Made by a program: the position numbers and the translations under genes | Notes under the pieces: generated by a model | What the model was told of the DNA's origin: nothing | Seen by the model: only the letters and a program-made list of their open reading frames with translations | The model's database searches: none | Shown: positions 18,102 through 28,491 of the stretch, in pieces | How the letters are laid out: the number at the start of each line of letters is the position of its first letter | Numbering within the stretch: position 1 is the first letter of the stretch | IMG/VR virus record: IMGVR_UViG_2526164598_000024 | Length of the DNA stretch: 34,178 bases | Source of the DNA: a virus | Taxonomy: Duplodnaviria > Heunggongvirae > Uroviricota > Caudoviricetes | Strand: one strand, 5' to 3'

Positions 18102-18527
18102 ATGAAGAAATTATCCCTTTCACTGATGCTGAACGTGTCGCTGGCGCTGATGCTGGCACTGTCCCTGATTTACCCGCAGAGCGTGGCCGTCAGTTTTGTC
18201 GCCACCTGGGCGATTCTGGCGACGGTTATCTGTGTGGTTGCCGGTGGTGTCGGCGTGTATGCCACGGAGTATGTGCTGGAACGCTACGGGCGGGAGCTGC
18301 CGCCGGAATCGCTGGCCGTGAAGATTGTCACGTCGCTGTTTTTGCAGCCGGTGCCGTGGCGCAGACGGGCGGCGGCTCTGGTGGTGATGGTGGCGACGTT
18401 TATCTCGCTGGTCGCTGCCGGGTGGATTTTTACCGCGCTGATTTATCTCGTGGCGTCGCTGTTTTTCCGGTTGATGCATACGGCCTGCCGCCAGCGTCTT
18501 GAGGGGCGGAAACCATGTCAAGGCTGA
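18102..18527 (+). CDS. lysA: LysA, membrane protein of lysis cassette (antiholin-like)
   Basis: 141 aa, multiple hydrophobic helices; position after endolysin as in P2. Confidence 0.75.
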   Translation: MKKLSLSLMLNVSLALMLALSLIYPQSVAVSFVATWAILATVICVVAGGVGVYATEYVLERYGRELPPESLAVKIVTSLFLQPVPWRRRAAALVVMVATFISLVAAGWIFTALIYLVASLFFRLMHTACRQRLEGRKPCQG

Positions 18528-18958
18528 TGACTGTGCTGATTGTGTTGTTATCGCTGGCGGTGGCCGGTCTGTTTCTGGTGAAACACAAAAATGCCAGCCT
18601 GCGCGCCTCGCTGGACAGGGCGAACAATGTCGCCAGTGGGCAGCAGACGACCATCACCATGCTGAAAAATCAGCTTCATGTTGCACTCACCAGGGCAGAC
18701 AAAAACGAGCTGGCGCAGGTGGCACTGCGTCAGGAACTGGAGAACGCCGCGAAGCGTGAAGCACAGCGCGAGAAAACCATCACGAGGTTACTCAATGAAA
18801 ACGAAGATTTTCGCCGCTGGTACGGTGCTGACCTGCCTGATGCTGTGCGCCGGTTGCACCAGCGCCCCGCCTGCACCGACGCCAGTGATTGTCCACAACG
18901 CCTGCCCGAAAGTGAGTCTTTGCCCGATGCCGGGCAGCGACCCGCAGACGAACGGTGA
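18515..18958 (+). CDS. lysB: LysB, Rz-like inner-membrane spanin (i-spanin)
   Basis: N-terminal TM segment (MTVLIVLLSLAVAGLFLV) followed by coiled-coil region; contains embedded +1 frame lipoprotein gene. Confidence 0.75.
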   Translation: MSRLMTVLIVLLSLAVAGLFLVKHKNASLRASLDRANNVASGQQTTITMLKNQLHVALTRADKNELAQVALRQELENAAKREAQREKTITRLLNENEDFRRWYGADLPDAVRRLHQRPACTDASDCPQRLPESESLPDAGQRPADER

Positions 18959-19085
18959 TTTAAGTGCCGATATCCGGCAGCTTGAGAACGCGCTGGCGCG
19001 CTGTGCCAGCCAGGTAAAAATGATTAAACACTGTCAGGACGAAAACGATGCTCAAACCCGACAGCCTGCGCAGGGCGCTGACTGA
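18795..19085 (+). CDS. lysC: LysC, Rz1-like outer-membrane lipoprotein spanin (o-spanin)
   Basis: ATG at 18795 in +1 frame relative to lysB; lipoprotein signal with lipobox (MKTKIFAAGTVLTCLMLCAGC|TS); proline-rich mature part; 96 aa. Confidence 0.75.
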   Translation: MKTKIFAAGTVLTCLMLCAGCTSAPPAPTPVIVHNACPKVSLCPMPGSDPQTNGDLSADIRQLENALARCASQVKMIKHCQDENDAQTRQPAQGAD

Positions 19086-19515
19086 TGCCGTCACGGTGCT
19101 GAAAACTAACCCCGATATGCTGCGGATATTCGTGGATAACGGGAGTATTGCCTCCACACTGGCGGCGTCGCTGTCATTCGAAAAGCGTTACACGCTCAAT
19201 GTGATTGTGACCGACTTTACCGGTGATTTTGACCTGCTCATTGTGCCGGTGCTGGCGTGGCTGCGGGAAAATCAGCCCGACATCATGACCACCGACGAAG
19301 GCCAGAAAAAGGGCTTCACGTTTTATGCAGACATCAACAATGACAGCAGCTTTGATATCAGTATCAGCCTGATGCTGACCGAGCGCACGCTGGTCAGTGA
19401 GGTGGACGGCGCACTGCATGTGAAGAATATCCCGGAACCCCCGCCGCCGGAGCCGGTCACCCGCCCGATGGAGCTTTATATCAATGGCGAACTGGTGAGT
19501 AAGTGGGATGAATGA
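19048..19515 (+). CDS. R: Tail completion protein R
   Basis: 155 aa, P2 gpR length and position. Confidence 0.8.
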   Translation: MLKPDSLRRALTDAVTVLKTNPDMLRIFVDNGSIASTLAASLSFEKRYTLNVIVTDFTGDFDLLIVPVLAWLRENQPDIMTTDEGQKKGFTFYADINNDSSFDISISLMLTERTLVSEVDGALHVKNIPEPPPPEPVTRPMELYINGELVSKWDE

Positions 19516-19960
19516 GTTTAAGCGTTTTGAAGACCGGCTGACCGGGCTGATTGAATCGCTGTCACCGTCAGGGCGTCGGCGACTGAGCGCCGAACTGGCG
19601 AAACGTCTGCGTCAGAGTCAGCAGCGTCGGGTGATGGCACAGAAAGCCCCGGACGGCACCCCCTACGCGCCACGTCAGCAGCAGAGCGCCAGAAAAAAGA
19701 CCGGTCGCGTTAAGCGAAAAATGTTTGCGAAACTTATCACCAGTCGTTTTTTGCATATCCGCGCCAGCCCGGAACAGGCATCAATGGAATTTTACGGCGG
19801 GAAGTCGCCGAAAATCGCCAGTGTGCATCAGTTCGGTCTGTCGGAAGAAACCCGGAAAGACGGTAAGAAAATTGATTATCCGGCGCGTCCTCTGCTCGGC
19901 TTTACCGGTGAGGATGTGCAGATGATTGAAGAGATTATCCTGGCTCACCTCGACCGTTAG
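19508..19960 (+). CDS. S: Tail completion protein S
   Basis: 150 aa, P2 gpS length and position; start overlaps R stop. Confidence 0.8.
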   Translation: MNEFKRFEDRLTGLIESLSPSGRRRLSAELAKRLRQSQQRRVMAQKAPDGTPYAPRQQQSARKKTGRVKRKMFAKLITSRFLHIRASPEQASMEFYGGKSPKIASVHQFGLSEETRKDGKKIDYPARPLLGFTGEDVQMIEEIILAHLDR

Positions 19961-20026
19961 TTGTGCCATTCCCGACACCTCATCGTCACATTGCCGCCGG
20001 TATGACCCGGCGGCATCCTTCCCGTT

Positions 20027-20662
20027 ATGAACACTCTCGCAAATATTCAGGAACTCGCGCGCGCACTGCGCAACATGATACGCACCGGCATTATCGTCGA
20101 AACCGACCTTAACGCCGGTCGCTGCCGTGTGCAGACCGGCGGCATGTGCACCGACTGGCTTCAGTGGCTGACCCATCGCGCCGGACGTTCGCGCACGTGG
20201 TGGGCACCTTCCGAGGGGGAACAGGTGCTGATTCTGGCCGTGGGCGGTGAACTCGACACAGCGTTCGTTCTGCCGGGGATTTATTCCGGTGATAACCCCG
20301 CGCCGTCTGCGTCGGCGGATGCCCTGCATATCCGTTTCCCTGACGGGGCGGTGATTGAGTATGAACCCGAAACCAGTGCACTCACGGTAAGCGGAATTAA
20401 AACGGCCAGCGTGACGGCTTCTGATTCTGTTACTGCCACGGTGCCGGTGGTCATGGTGAAAGCGTCAACCCGCATCACCCTGGACACCCCGGAGGTGGTC
20501 TGCACCAACAGACTGATTACCGGCGCGCTGGAAGTGCAGAAGGGCGGGACGATGCGCGGCAACATTAAACATACCGGCGGTGAACTCTCATCAAACGGTA
20601 AGGTACTGCATACCCATAAACACCCCGGCGACAGCGGCGGCACAACCGGGAGTCCTCTATGA
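20027..20662 (+). CDS. V: Baseplate central spike protein V
   Basis: 211 aa, P2 gpV length; begins baseplate operon. Confidence 0.85.
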   Translation: MNTLANIQELARALRNMIRTGIIVETDLNAGRCRVQTGGMCTDWLQWLTHRAGRSRTWWAPSEGEQVLILAVGGELDTAFVLPGIYSGDNPAPSASADALHIRFPDGAVIEYEPETSALTVSGIKTASVTASDSVTATVPVVMVKASTRITLDTPEVVCTNRLITGALEVQKGGTMRGNIKHTGGELSSNGKVLHTHKHPGDSGGTTGSPL

Positions 20663-21006
20663 CAGCGCGTTATCTTGGAATGAATCGCAGTGATGGCCTG
20701 ACTGTCACTGACCTTGAGCATATCAGCCAGAGTATCGGCGATATCCTGCGCACGCCGGTCGGCTCACGGGTGATGCGTCGTGATTACGGCTCATTGCTGG
20801 CGTCAATGATTGACCAGCCGCAGACCCCGGCGCTTGAGTTACAGATTAAGGTCGCCTGTTACATGGCGGTGCTGAAATGGGAACCCCGCGTCACCCTGTC
20901 ATCCGTCACCACTGAGCGCAGTTTTGACGGGCGAATGACAGTTACGTTAACCGGCCAGCACAACGACACCGGCCAGCAACTTTCGTTAACCATCCCTGTG
21001 AGTTGA
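20659..21006 (+). CDS. W: Baseplate wedge protein W (gp25-like)
   Basis: 115 aa; overlapping start/stop with V; P2 gpW length. Confidence 0.85.
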   Translation: MTARYLGMNRSDGLTVTDLEHISQSIGDILRTPVGSRVMRRDYGSLLASMIDQPQTPALELQIKVACYMAVLKWEPRVTLSSVTTERSFDGRMTVTLTGQHNDTGQQLSLTIPVS

Positions 21007-21010
21007 AACC

Positions 21011-21919
21011 ATGCCGATTATCGACCTGAACCAGCTACCCGCACCGGATGTGGTCGAGGAGCTGGACTTTGAAACCATTCTTGCCGAACGCAAGGCGACA
21101 CTGATTTCCCTTTACCCGGAAGACCAGCAGGAGGCGGTTGCCCGTACCCTGACGCTGGAATCCGAGCCTCTCGTCAAACTGCTGGAGGAAAATGCTTATC
21201 GTGAGCTTATCTGGCGTCAGCGTGTGAATGAGGCCGCACGGGCGGTAATGCTGGCCTGTGCCGCCGGTAATGACCTTGATGTGATTGGTGCCAATTACAA
21301 CACCACACGCCTGATTATCACCCCGGCAGATGATTCGACCATCCCGCCGACACCGGCAGTGATGGAATCTGACACCGATTATCGGCTGCGTATTCAGCAG
21401 GCGTTTGAAGGTTTAAGCGTCGCCGGGTCGGTGGGTGCCTATCAGTATCATGGCCGCAGTGCCGACGGGCGTGTCGCGGATATCTCTGTCACCAGTCCGT
21501 CTCCGGCCTGCGTCACTATCTCTGTGCTGTCACGTGAAAATAACGGTGTCGCATCCGAAGACCTGCTGGCGGTGGTGCGTAACGCCCTTAATGGCGAGGA
21601 CGTCAGGCCGGTGGCCGACCGCGTGACCGTGCAGTCTGCCGCCATCGTTGAATACCAGATAAACGCCACGCTTTACCTTTACCCTGGTCCCGAAAGCGAA
21701 CCCATACGCGCTGCCGCCGTGAAAAAACTGGAAGCGTATATCACGGCACAGCACCGGCTGGGGCGCGATATCCGACTGTCTGCCATTTATGCCGCTTTGC
21801 ATGTGGAAGGCGTGCAGCGTGTCGAACTGGCTGCACCGCTGGCCGATATCGTGCTTAACAGCACGCAGGCGTCTTTCTGTACCGAATACCGCGTCGTGAC
21901 CGGAGGCTCGGATGAGTGA
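21011..21919 (+). CDS. J: Baseplate protein J
   Basis: 302 aa; P2 gpJ length and order. Confidence 0.85.
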   Translation: MPIIDLNQLPAPDVVEELDFETILAERKATLISLYPEDQQEAVARTLTLESEPLVKLLEENAYRELIWRQRVNEAARAVMLACAAGNDLDVIGANYNTTRLIITPADDSTIPPTPAVMESDTDYRLRIQQAFEGLSVAGSVGAYQYHGRSADGRVADISVTSPSPACVTISVLSRENNGVASEDLLAVVRNALNGEDVRPVADRVTVQSAAIVEYQINATLYLYPGPESEPIRAAAVKKLEAYITAQHRLGRDIRLSAIYAALHVEGVQRVELAAPLADIVLNSTQASFCTEYRVVTGGSDE

Positions 21920-22442
21920 TTCGCGACTGCTGCCGACCGGCTCATCACCGCTTGAAGTCGCCGCCGCAAAAGCCTGTGCGGAAATTGAAAAAACGCCGGT
22001 CAGGATTCGTGAGCTGTGGAACCCGGACACCTGCCCGGCAAATTTGCTGCCGTGGCTGGCGTGGGCGTTTTCGGTCGACAGATGGGATGAAAAGTGGCCG
22101 GAAGCGACAAAACGCGCCGTTATCCGCGATGCCTATTTCATCCACTGTCATAAAGGCACTATCGGCGCAATCCGGCGTGTGGTGGAGCCGCTCGGCTATC
22201 TCATCAACGTGACGGAGTGGTGGGAAAACAGTGACCCGCCCGGCACCTTCCGGCTCGATATTGGTGTACTGGAAAGCGGTATCACAGAGGCAATGTATCA
22301 GGAAATGGAACGGCTGATTGCTGATGCCAAACCTGCAAGCCGTCACCTTATTGGTCTGAACATTACCCGGGACATTCCCGGCTACCTGTTCGCCGGTGGT
22401 GTGGCTTATGACGGCGATGTAATTACGGTTTACCCCGGATAA
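21912..22442 (+). CDS. I: Baseplate protein I
   Basis: 176 aa; overlaps J stop; P2 gpI length. Confidence 0.85.
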   Translation: MSDSRLLPTGSSPLEVAAAKACAEIEKTPVRIRELWNPDTCPANLLPWLAWAFSVDRWDEKWPEATKRAVIRDAYFIHCHKGTIGAIRRVVEPLGYLINVTEWWENSDPPGTFRLDIGVLESGITEAMYQEMERLIADAKPASRHLIGLNITRDIPGYLFAGGVAYDGDVITVYPG

Positions 22443-22452
22443 GTGAGGAATA

Positions 22453-24474
22453 ATGAGCACAAAATTCAGAACCGTTATCACCACTGCCGGTGCAGCAAAG
22501 CTGGCAGCGGCAACCGCGCCGGGAGGGCGGAAGGTCAACATTACCACGATGGCCGTCGGGGATGGCGGTGGTAAATTGCCTGTCCCGGATGCCGGACAGA
22601 CCGGGCTTATCCACGAAGTCTGGCGACATGCGCTGAACAAAATCAGCCAGGACAAACGAAACAGTAATTATATTATCGCAGAGCTGGTTATTCCGCCGGA
22701 GGTGGGCGGTTTCTGGATGCGTGAGCTTGGCCTGTACGATGATGCGGGAACGTTAATTGCCGTGGCGAACATGGCCGAAAGTTATAAGCCAGCTCTTGCC
22801 GAAGGCTCAGGGCGTTCGCAGACCTGCCGCATGGTCATCATCGTCAGCAGTGTGGCCTCAGTGGAGCTGACCATTGACACCACAACGGTGATGGCGACGC
22901 AGGATTACGTTGATGACAAAATTGCAGAGCACGAACAGTCACGACGTCACCCGGACGCCTCGCTGACCGCAAAAGGTTTTACTCAGTTAAGCAGTGCGAC
23001 CAACAGCATGTCTGAAATGCTTGCCGCAACGCCAAAAGCCGTTAAGACGGTAATGGATGAAACGAACAAGAAAGCGCCATTAAACAGCCCTGTACTGACC
23101 GGAACGCCAACGACGCCAACTGCGCGACAGGGAACGAATAATACTCAGATCGCAAACACGGCTTTCGTTATGGCCGCGATTGCCGCCCTTGTAGACTCGT
23201 CGCCTGACGCACTGAATACGCTGAACGAGCTGGCGGCGGCGCTGGGCAATGACCCGAATTTTGCTACCACCATGACTAATGCGCTTGCGGGTAAGCAACC
23301 GAAAGATGCTACCCTGACGGCGCTGGCGGGGCTTGCTACTGCGGCAGACAGGTTTCCGTATTTTACGGGGAATGATGTTGCCAGCCTGGCAACCCTGACA
23401 AAAGTCGGGCGGGATATTCTGGCTAAATCGACCGTTGCCGCCGTTATCGAATATCTCGGTTTACAGGAAACGGTAAACCGAGCCGGGAACGCCGTGCAAA
23501 AAAATGGCGATACCTTGTCCGGTGGACTTACTTTTGAAAACGACTCAATCCTTGCCTGGATTCGAAATACTGACTGGGCGAAGATTGGATTTAAAAATGA
23601 TGCCGATGGTGACACTGATTCATTCATGTGGTTTGAAACGGGGGATAACGGCAATGAATATTTCAAATGGAGAAGCCGCCAGAGTACTACAACAAAAGAC
23701 CTGATGAATCTTAAATGGGATGCTTTGTATGTTCTTGTCAATGCCATTGTAAATGGCGAAGTCATATCAAAATCAGCAAACGGCCTACGTATTGCTTATG
23801 GTAATTACGGATTCTTTATTCGTAATGATGGTTCAAATACATACTTCATGTTGACAAACTCCGGTGACAACATGGGGACTTATAACGGATTAAGGCCATT
23901 ATGGATTAATAACGCTACTGGCGCTGTTTCGATGGGGCGTGGCCTTAATGTTTCAGGGGAGACGCTTTCAGACCGTTTTGCTATTAACAGCAGTAATGGT
24001 ATGTGGATTCAGATGCGCGATAACAACGCTATCTTTGGGAAAAATATAGTTAACACTGATAGCGCTCAGGCGTTGCTTCGCCAGAATCACGCTGACCGCA
24101 AGTTCATGATAGGTGGACTGGGGAACAAGCAATTTGGCATCTACATGATTAATAACTCAAGGACAGCCAATGGCACCGATGGTCAGGCGTACATGGATAA
24201 TAACGGTAACTGGCTTTGTGGCTCGCAAGTTATTCCCGGCAACTATGGCAATTTTGATTCCAGATATGTGAAAGATGTTCGACTTGGTTCACAGCAATAT
24301 TATGGAGTTAACAACTGGCAAACATGGAATTTCCAGTGCCCGTCAGGTCATGTATTGTCTGGTATTAATGTTCAGGATACAGGGTCCAACTCTGCCGATA
24401 ATATAGCGGGCGTTTATTACAGACCCGTTCAAAAGTATATAAATGGCACCTGGTATAATGTAGCGAGCGTTTAA
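22453..24474 (+). CDS. H: Tail fibre protein H
   Basis: 673 aa; Ala/Thr-rich repeats in the N-terminal half, Asn/Gly-rich C-terminal receptor-binding part; followed by tail-fibre assembly gene. Confidence 0.85.
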   Translation: MSTKFRTVITTAGAAKLAAATAPGGRKVNITTMAVGDGGGKLPVPDAGQTGLIHEVWRHALNKISQDKRNSNYIIAELVIPPEVGGFWMRELGLYDDAGTLIAVANMAESYKPALAEGSGRSQTCRMVIIVSSVASVELTIDTTTVMATQDYVDDKIAEHEQSRRHPDASLTAKGFTQLSSATNSMSEMLAATPKAVKTVMDETNKKAPLNSPVLTGTPTTPTARQGTNNTQIANTAFVMAAIAALVDSSPDALNTLNELAAALGNDPNFATTMTNALAGKQPKDATLTALAGLATAADRFPYFTGNDVASLATLTKVGRDILAKSTVAAVIEYLGLQETVNRAGNAVQKNGDTLSGGLTFENDSILAWIRNTDWAKIGFKNDADGDTDSFMWFETGDNGNEYFKWRSRQSTTTKDLMNLKWDALYVLVNAIVNGEVISKSANGLRIAYGNYGFFIRNDGSNTYFMLTNSGDNMGTYNGLRPLWINNATGAVSMGRGLNVSGETLSDRFAINSSNGMWIQMRDNNAIFGKNIVNTDSAQALLRQNHADRKFMIGGLGNKQFGIYMINNSRTANGTDGQAYMDNNGNWLCGSQVIPGNYGNFDSRYVKDVRLGSQQYYGVNNWQTWNFQCPSGHVLSGINVQDTGSNSADNIAGVYYRPVQKYINGTWYNVASV

Positions 24475-24475
24475 T

Positions 24476-25003
24476 ATGATGCACTTAAAGAACATAAAAG
24501 CGGGTAACGCTAAAACACTGGAACAGTATGAGTTAACAAAGAAACACGGAGTTATCTGGCTTTACTCTGAGGACGGAAAAAACTGGTATGAGGAAGTGAA
24601 GAACTTTCAGCCAGACACAATAAAGATTGTTTACGATGAAAATAATATTATTGTCGCTATCACCAGAGATGCTTCAACGCTTAATCCTGAAGGTTTTAGC
24701 GTTGTTGAGGTTCCTGATATTACCTCCAACCGACGTGCTGACGACTCAGGTAAATGGATGTTTAAGGATGGTGCTGTGGTTAAACGGATTTATACGGCAG
24801 ATGAACAGCAACAACAGGCAGAATCACAAAAGGCAGCGTTACTTTCCGAAGCGGAAAGCGTTATTCAGCCACTGGAACGCGCTGTCAGGCTGAATATGGC
24901 GACGGATGAGGAACGTGCACGACTGGAGTCATGGGAACGCTACAGCGTTCTGGTCAGCCGTGTGGATCCTGCAAATCCTGAATGGCCGGAAATGCCGCAA
25001 TAA
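24476..25003 (+). CDS. G: Tail fibre assembly chaperone G
   Basis: 175 aa; ATG 2 bp after H stop; P2 gpG length. Confidence 0.85.
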   Translation: MMHLKNIKAGNAKTLEQYELTKKHGVIWLYSEDGKNWYEEVKNFQPDTIKIVYDENNIIVAITRDASTLNPEGFSVVEVPDITSNRRADDSGKWMFKDGAVVKRIYTADEQQQQAESQKAALLSEAESVIQPLERAVRLNMATDEERARLESWERYSVLVSRVDPANPEWPEMPQ

Positions 25004-25218
25004 GTTGTATGAGCTCTAGTGTGGGCTTACATATCTATGGCACAGAGTAAAGCCTAATCTGACAGTCCACTCTGTGCCAGAGGTGGGCATTGCTGATGTC
25101 ATAAAATATTATGCCAGCAGCCGTCTTAGGGGAGTGTTTACATTTCAATGATCGGGTATGATCTCGGCATGTTAATGGTTTATTACTAAATGCTTGCGCC
25201 TATCTTTATGGAGGAGTA

Positions 25219-26118
25219 ATGAGTGGTATTCGTATAACTCAGGCTATTGATAACAATCAGATTTTAGTCAATGTAAATACTTTTAATTATAGTGTTAATC
25301 CCTATCCACTCAAATGTCCTGACCCAAATTGCTCTGCTCATTTGGTGTATGTCAAAAGCCATATTCGTCGGAGTTTTAATAAAACCTTGCATATCCCCGC
25401 CTTCTTTAGACTGGAAAAAAATTTCACGCATGACAAATTATGTCAGTATGGAACTTCAGGATTGAATACAATTTATGCAAGTGATTCCAGTCATGATATC
25501 AGCCGTGCGCTTGCCACAGGTAATAATATATTCCGTATACATATACTCGATGAAGATGATATCTCTAAATTAAGCAGAAAAGCTGCAGCTATGCAGGCAA
25601 ATCCACCTTCTGATACTACAGACCGCGTTTATGTCAAGAGAGGTCGGAAAGCCCCCTATGTGAAGAACATGGATAGCTTACGGGAGATCTATGAATATGG
25701 AAAAGCTCACCCCAACAAGAGAAACAGCATAAAAATTGTTACTGGAACAAGTACTGTAACGTGGTCTGATTTTTTCTATGAAACAACGCAGTTAGAACGA
25801 TTGTCAACTTACCTCCAGAAAGTAAAAATAGCTCAGGTTGCTGTAATTATGAAAGTGCATGTGGCGAGAATCCCTATGGCGAAATTTAATTATCGACACT
25901 TCATTGAAGGTTCGCCAATGAGGATAAAAGGGGGCTTTAATATATATCCTACGATTCAATTAGGAAATGTTACTCCAAAATTATTTCCGTTGAGTAGCAT
26001 TGTCATGGTACTCGGTAAATTTACTATTCCAACAAATAGAAAAATGATAATGGATCCAACATTTGAGCGTGAAGTCAGAACCATAGTTTCTAGTGAAGAG
26101 CAAGTGCTAATTCTTTGA
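25219..26118 (+). CDS. Hypothetical protein in the Z/fun cargo locus (candidate phage-exclusion/defence gene)
   Basis: 299-aa ORF with strong GGAGGA Shine-Dalgarno, visibly AT-rich, flanked by long non-coding spacers between G and FI (the P2 Z/fun position). N-terminal Cys/His cluster (CPDPNCSAHLVYVKSH). May be the P2 Z/fun homologue; I cannot confirm from memory. Confidence 0.65.
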   Translation: MSGIRITQAIDNNQILVNVNTFNYSVNPYPLKCPDPNCSAHLVYVKSHIRRSFNKTLHIPAFFRLEKNFTHDKLCQYGTSGLNTIYASDSSHDISRALATGNNIFRIHILDEDDISKLSRKAAAMQANPPSDTTDRVYVKRGRKAPYVKNMDSLREIYEYGKAHPNKRNSIKIVTGTSTVTWSDFFYETTQLERLSTYLQKVKIAQVAVIMKVHVARIPMAKFNYRHFIEGSPMRIKGGFNIYPTIQLGNVTPKLFPLSSIVMVLGKFTIPTNRKMIMDPTFEREVRTIVSSEEQVLIL

Positions 26119-26437
26119 AATCAAGAGGATTTGGCTCGGATGATTATGTGCGGCTTATAACCATAACGTAATGAGCGGATTTTTCTACTGCTTTTTATCA
26201 TTTTGGTTAACTAAAACTAATCTCTGCTCCTCGCTCAAAGCAGACTGTCAGATTTGATAGCGTTTTGGCTATGTAAATTGTCAGTCGGAAAATGAGTGAG
26301 TACAAATCAGGACAGGCGGGCGAATTGCCTGCCTTTTCTTTATCTGTTGTTTCATCCACTGACCAGCCAGGTCAAATAGCGTCTCATGCTCTGCACAACA
26401 GAAAATAGTTGCACCCATTAACCACGGAGTTAAACGG

Positions 26438-27628
26438 ATGAGCGACTATCATCATGGCGTGCAGGTGCTGGAGATTAACGACGGCACCCGCGTCATTTCC
26501 ACTGTATCCACCGCCATTGTCGGCATGGTCTGCACGGCCAGCGATGCGGATGCGGAAACCTTCCCCCTCAATAAACCGGTGCTGATTACCAATGTGCAGA
26601 GCGCAATTGCAAAGGCTGGTAAAAAAGGCACGCTGGCGGCATCGTTGCAGGCCATCGCTGACCAGTCAAAACCGGTCACCGTTGTTGTGCGTGTGGAAGA
26701 CGGCACCGGCGACGACGAGGAAACGAAACTCGCGCAGACCGTATCCAATATCATCGGCACCACCGACGAAAACGGTCAGTACACCGGACTGAAAGCCCTG
26801 CTGGCGGCGGAGTCGGTAACCGGTGTTAAACCGCGTATTCTCGGCGTGCCGGGGCTGGATACCAAAGAGGTGGCTGTTGCACTGGCATCAGTCTGTCAGA
26901 AGCTGCGCGCTTTCGGGTATATCAGCGCATGGGGCTGTAAAACCATTTCCGAGGTGAAAGCCTACCGCCAGAATTTCAGCCAGCGTGAGCTGATGGTCAT
27001 CTGGCCAGATTTCCTCGCATGGGATACGGTCACCAGTACCACCGCCACCGCGTATGCCACCGCCCGTGCGCTGGGTCTGCGCGCTAAAATCGACCAGGAG
27101 CAGGGCTGGCATAAAACGCTGTCCAATGTCGGGGTAAACGGTGTTACCGGCATCAGTGCCTCTGTATTCTGGGATTTGCAGGAGTCCGGCACCGATGCTG
27201 ACCTGTTGAACGAGTCAGGTGTCACAACGCTGATTCGCCGTGACGGTTTCCGCTTCTGGGGTAACCGTACCTGCTCTGATGACCCGCTGTTCCTCTTTGA
27301 AAACTACACCCGCACCGCGCAGGTGCTGGCCGACACGATGGCTGAGGCGCACATGTGGGCGGTGGACAAGCCCATCACCGCAACGCTGATTCGCGACATC
27401 GTTGACGGCATCAATGCCAAATTCCGTGAGCTGAAAACAAACGGCTATATCGTGGATGCGACCTGCTGGTTCAGCGAAGAATCCAACGATGCGGAAACCC
27501 TCAAGGCCGGAAAACTGTATATCGACTACGACTATACACCGGTGCCTCCTCTTGAAAACCTGACCCTGCGCCAGCGTATTACCGATAAATACCTGGCAAA
27601 TCTGGTCACCTCGGTTAACAGCAATTAA
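26438..27628 (+). CDS. FI: Contractile tail sheath protein FI
   Basis: 396 aa, P2 gpFI length; ACGGAG Shine-Dalgarno; followed by tube gene. Confidence 0.9.
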   Translation: MSDYHHGVQVLEINDGTRVISTVSTAIVGMVCTASDADAETFPLNKPVLITNVQSAIAKAGKKGTLAASLQAIADQSKPVTVVVRVEDGTGDDEETKLAQTVSNIIGTTDENGQYTGLKALLAAESVTGVKPRILGVPGLDTKEVAVALASVCQKLRAFGYISAWGCKTISEVKAYRQNFSQRELMVIWPDFLAWDTVTSTTATAYATARALGLRAKIDQEQGWHKTLSNVGVNGVTGISASVFWDLQESGTDADLLNESGVTTLIRRDGFRFWGNRTCSDDPLFLFENYTRTAQVLADTMAEAHMWAVDKPITATLIRDIVDGINAKFRELKTNGYIVDATCWFSEESNDAETLKAGKLYIDYDYTPVPPLENLTLRQRITDKYLANLVTSVNSN

Positions 27629-27640
27629 GGAGCCTGACCG

Positions 27641-28159
27641 ATGGCAATGCCGCGCAAACTCAAGTTAATGAACGTCTTTCTGAACGGCTACAGCTATCAG
27701 GGCGTCGCGAAGTCCGTCACGCTACCAAAACTGACCCGTAAGCTCGAAAACTATCGCGGTGCGGGGATGAACGGCAGCGCACCGGTAGACCTCGGCCTTG
27801 ATGACGATGCGCTGTCAATGGAGTGGTCGCTCGGTGGCTTCCCGGATTCGGTTATCTGGGAGCTTTACGCCGCAACCGGTGTGGATGCCGTACCGATTCG
27901 TTTTGCAGGCTCTTACCAGCGCGACGATACCGGCGAAACGGTGGCCGTCGAGGTGGTCATGCGTGGACGTCAGAAAGAAATCGACACCGGCGAGGGCAAA
28001 CAGGGAGAAGACACCGAGTCGAAAATCTCCGTGGTCTGCACCTATTTCCGGCTGACGATGGACGGTAAGGAGCTGGTCGAAATCGACACCATCAACATGA
28101 TTGAGAAGGTGAACGGCGTCGACCGGCTGGAGCAACACCGCCGCAATATCGGCCTGTGA
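27641..28159 (+). CDS. FII: Tail tube protein FII
   Basis: 172 aa, P2 gpFII length; AAGGAG Shine-Dalgarno. Confidence 0.9.
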   Translation: MAMPRKLKLMNVFLNGYSYQGVAKSVTLPKLTRKLENYRGAGMNGSAPVDLGLDDDALSMEWSLGGFPDSVIWELYAATGVDAVPIRFAGSYQRDDTGETVAVEVVMRGRQKEIDTGEGKQGEDTESKISVVCTYFRLTMDGKELVEIDTINMIEKVNGVDRLEQHRRNIGL

Positions 28160-28215
28160 TTTTCATCCGGTCAGCCTGGCTGACCGGTTAACCCCGATTC
28201 AGAAGTGAGAAAACC

Positions 28216-28491
28216 ATGAACAAAGAAAATGTGATTACCCTGGACAATCCGGTCAAGCGTGGTGAGCAGGTTATCGAACAGGTCACGCTGATGAAACCTA
28301 ATGCCGGGACGCTGCGCGGTGTCAGTCTGGCTGCGGTCGCAAACTCCGAAGTCGATGCACTGATTAAGGTGCTGCCGCGCATGACGGCACCGATGCTGAC
28401 CGAGCAGGAGGTCGCCGCGCTGGAACTGCCTGACCTTGTGGCGCTGGCCGGTAAGGTGGTCGGTTTTTTGTCGCCGAACTCGGTGCAGTGA
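28216..28491 (+). CDS. E: Tail assembly chaperone E
   Basis: 91 aa; ends just after a TTTTTTG slippery heptamer. Confidence 0.8.
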   Translation: MNKENVITLDNPVKRGEQVIEQVTLMKPNAGTLRGVSLAAVANSEVDALIKVLPRMTAPMLTEQEVAALELPDLVALAGKVVGFLSPNSVQ

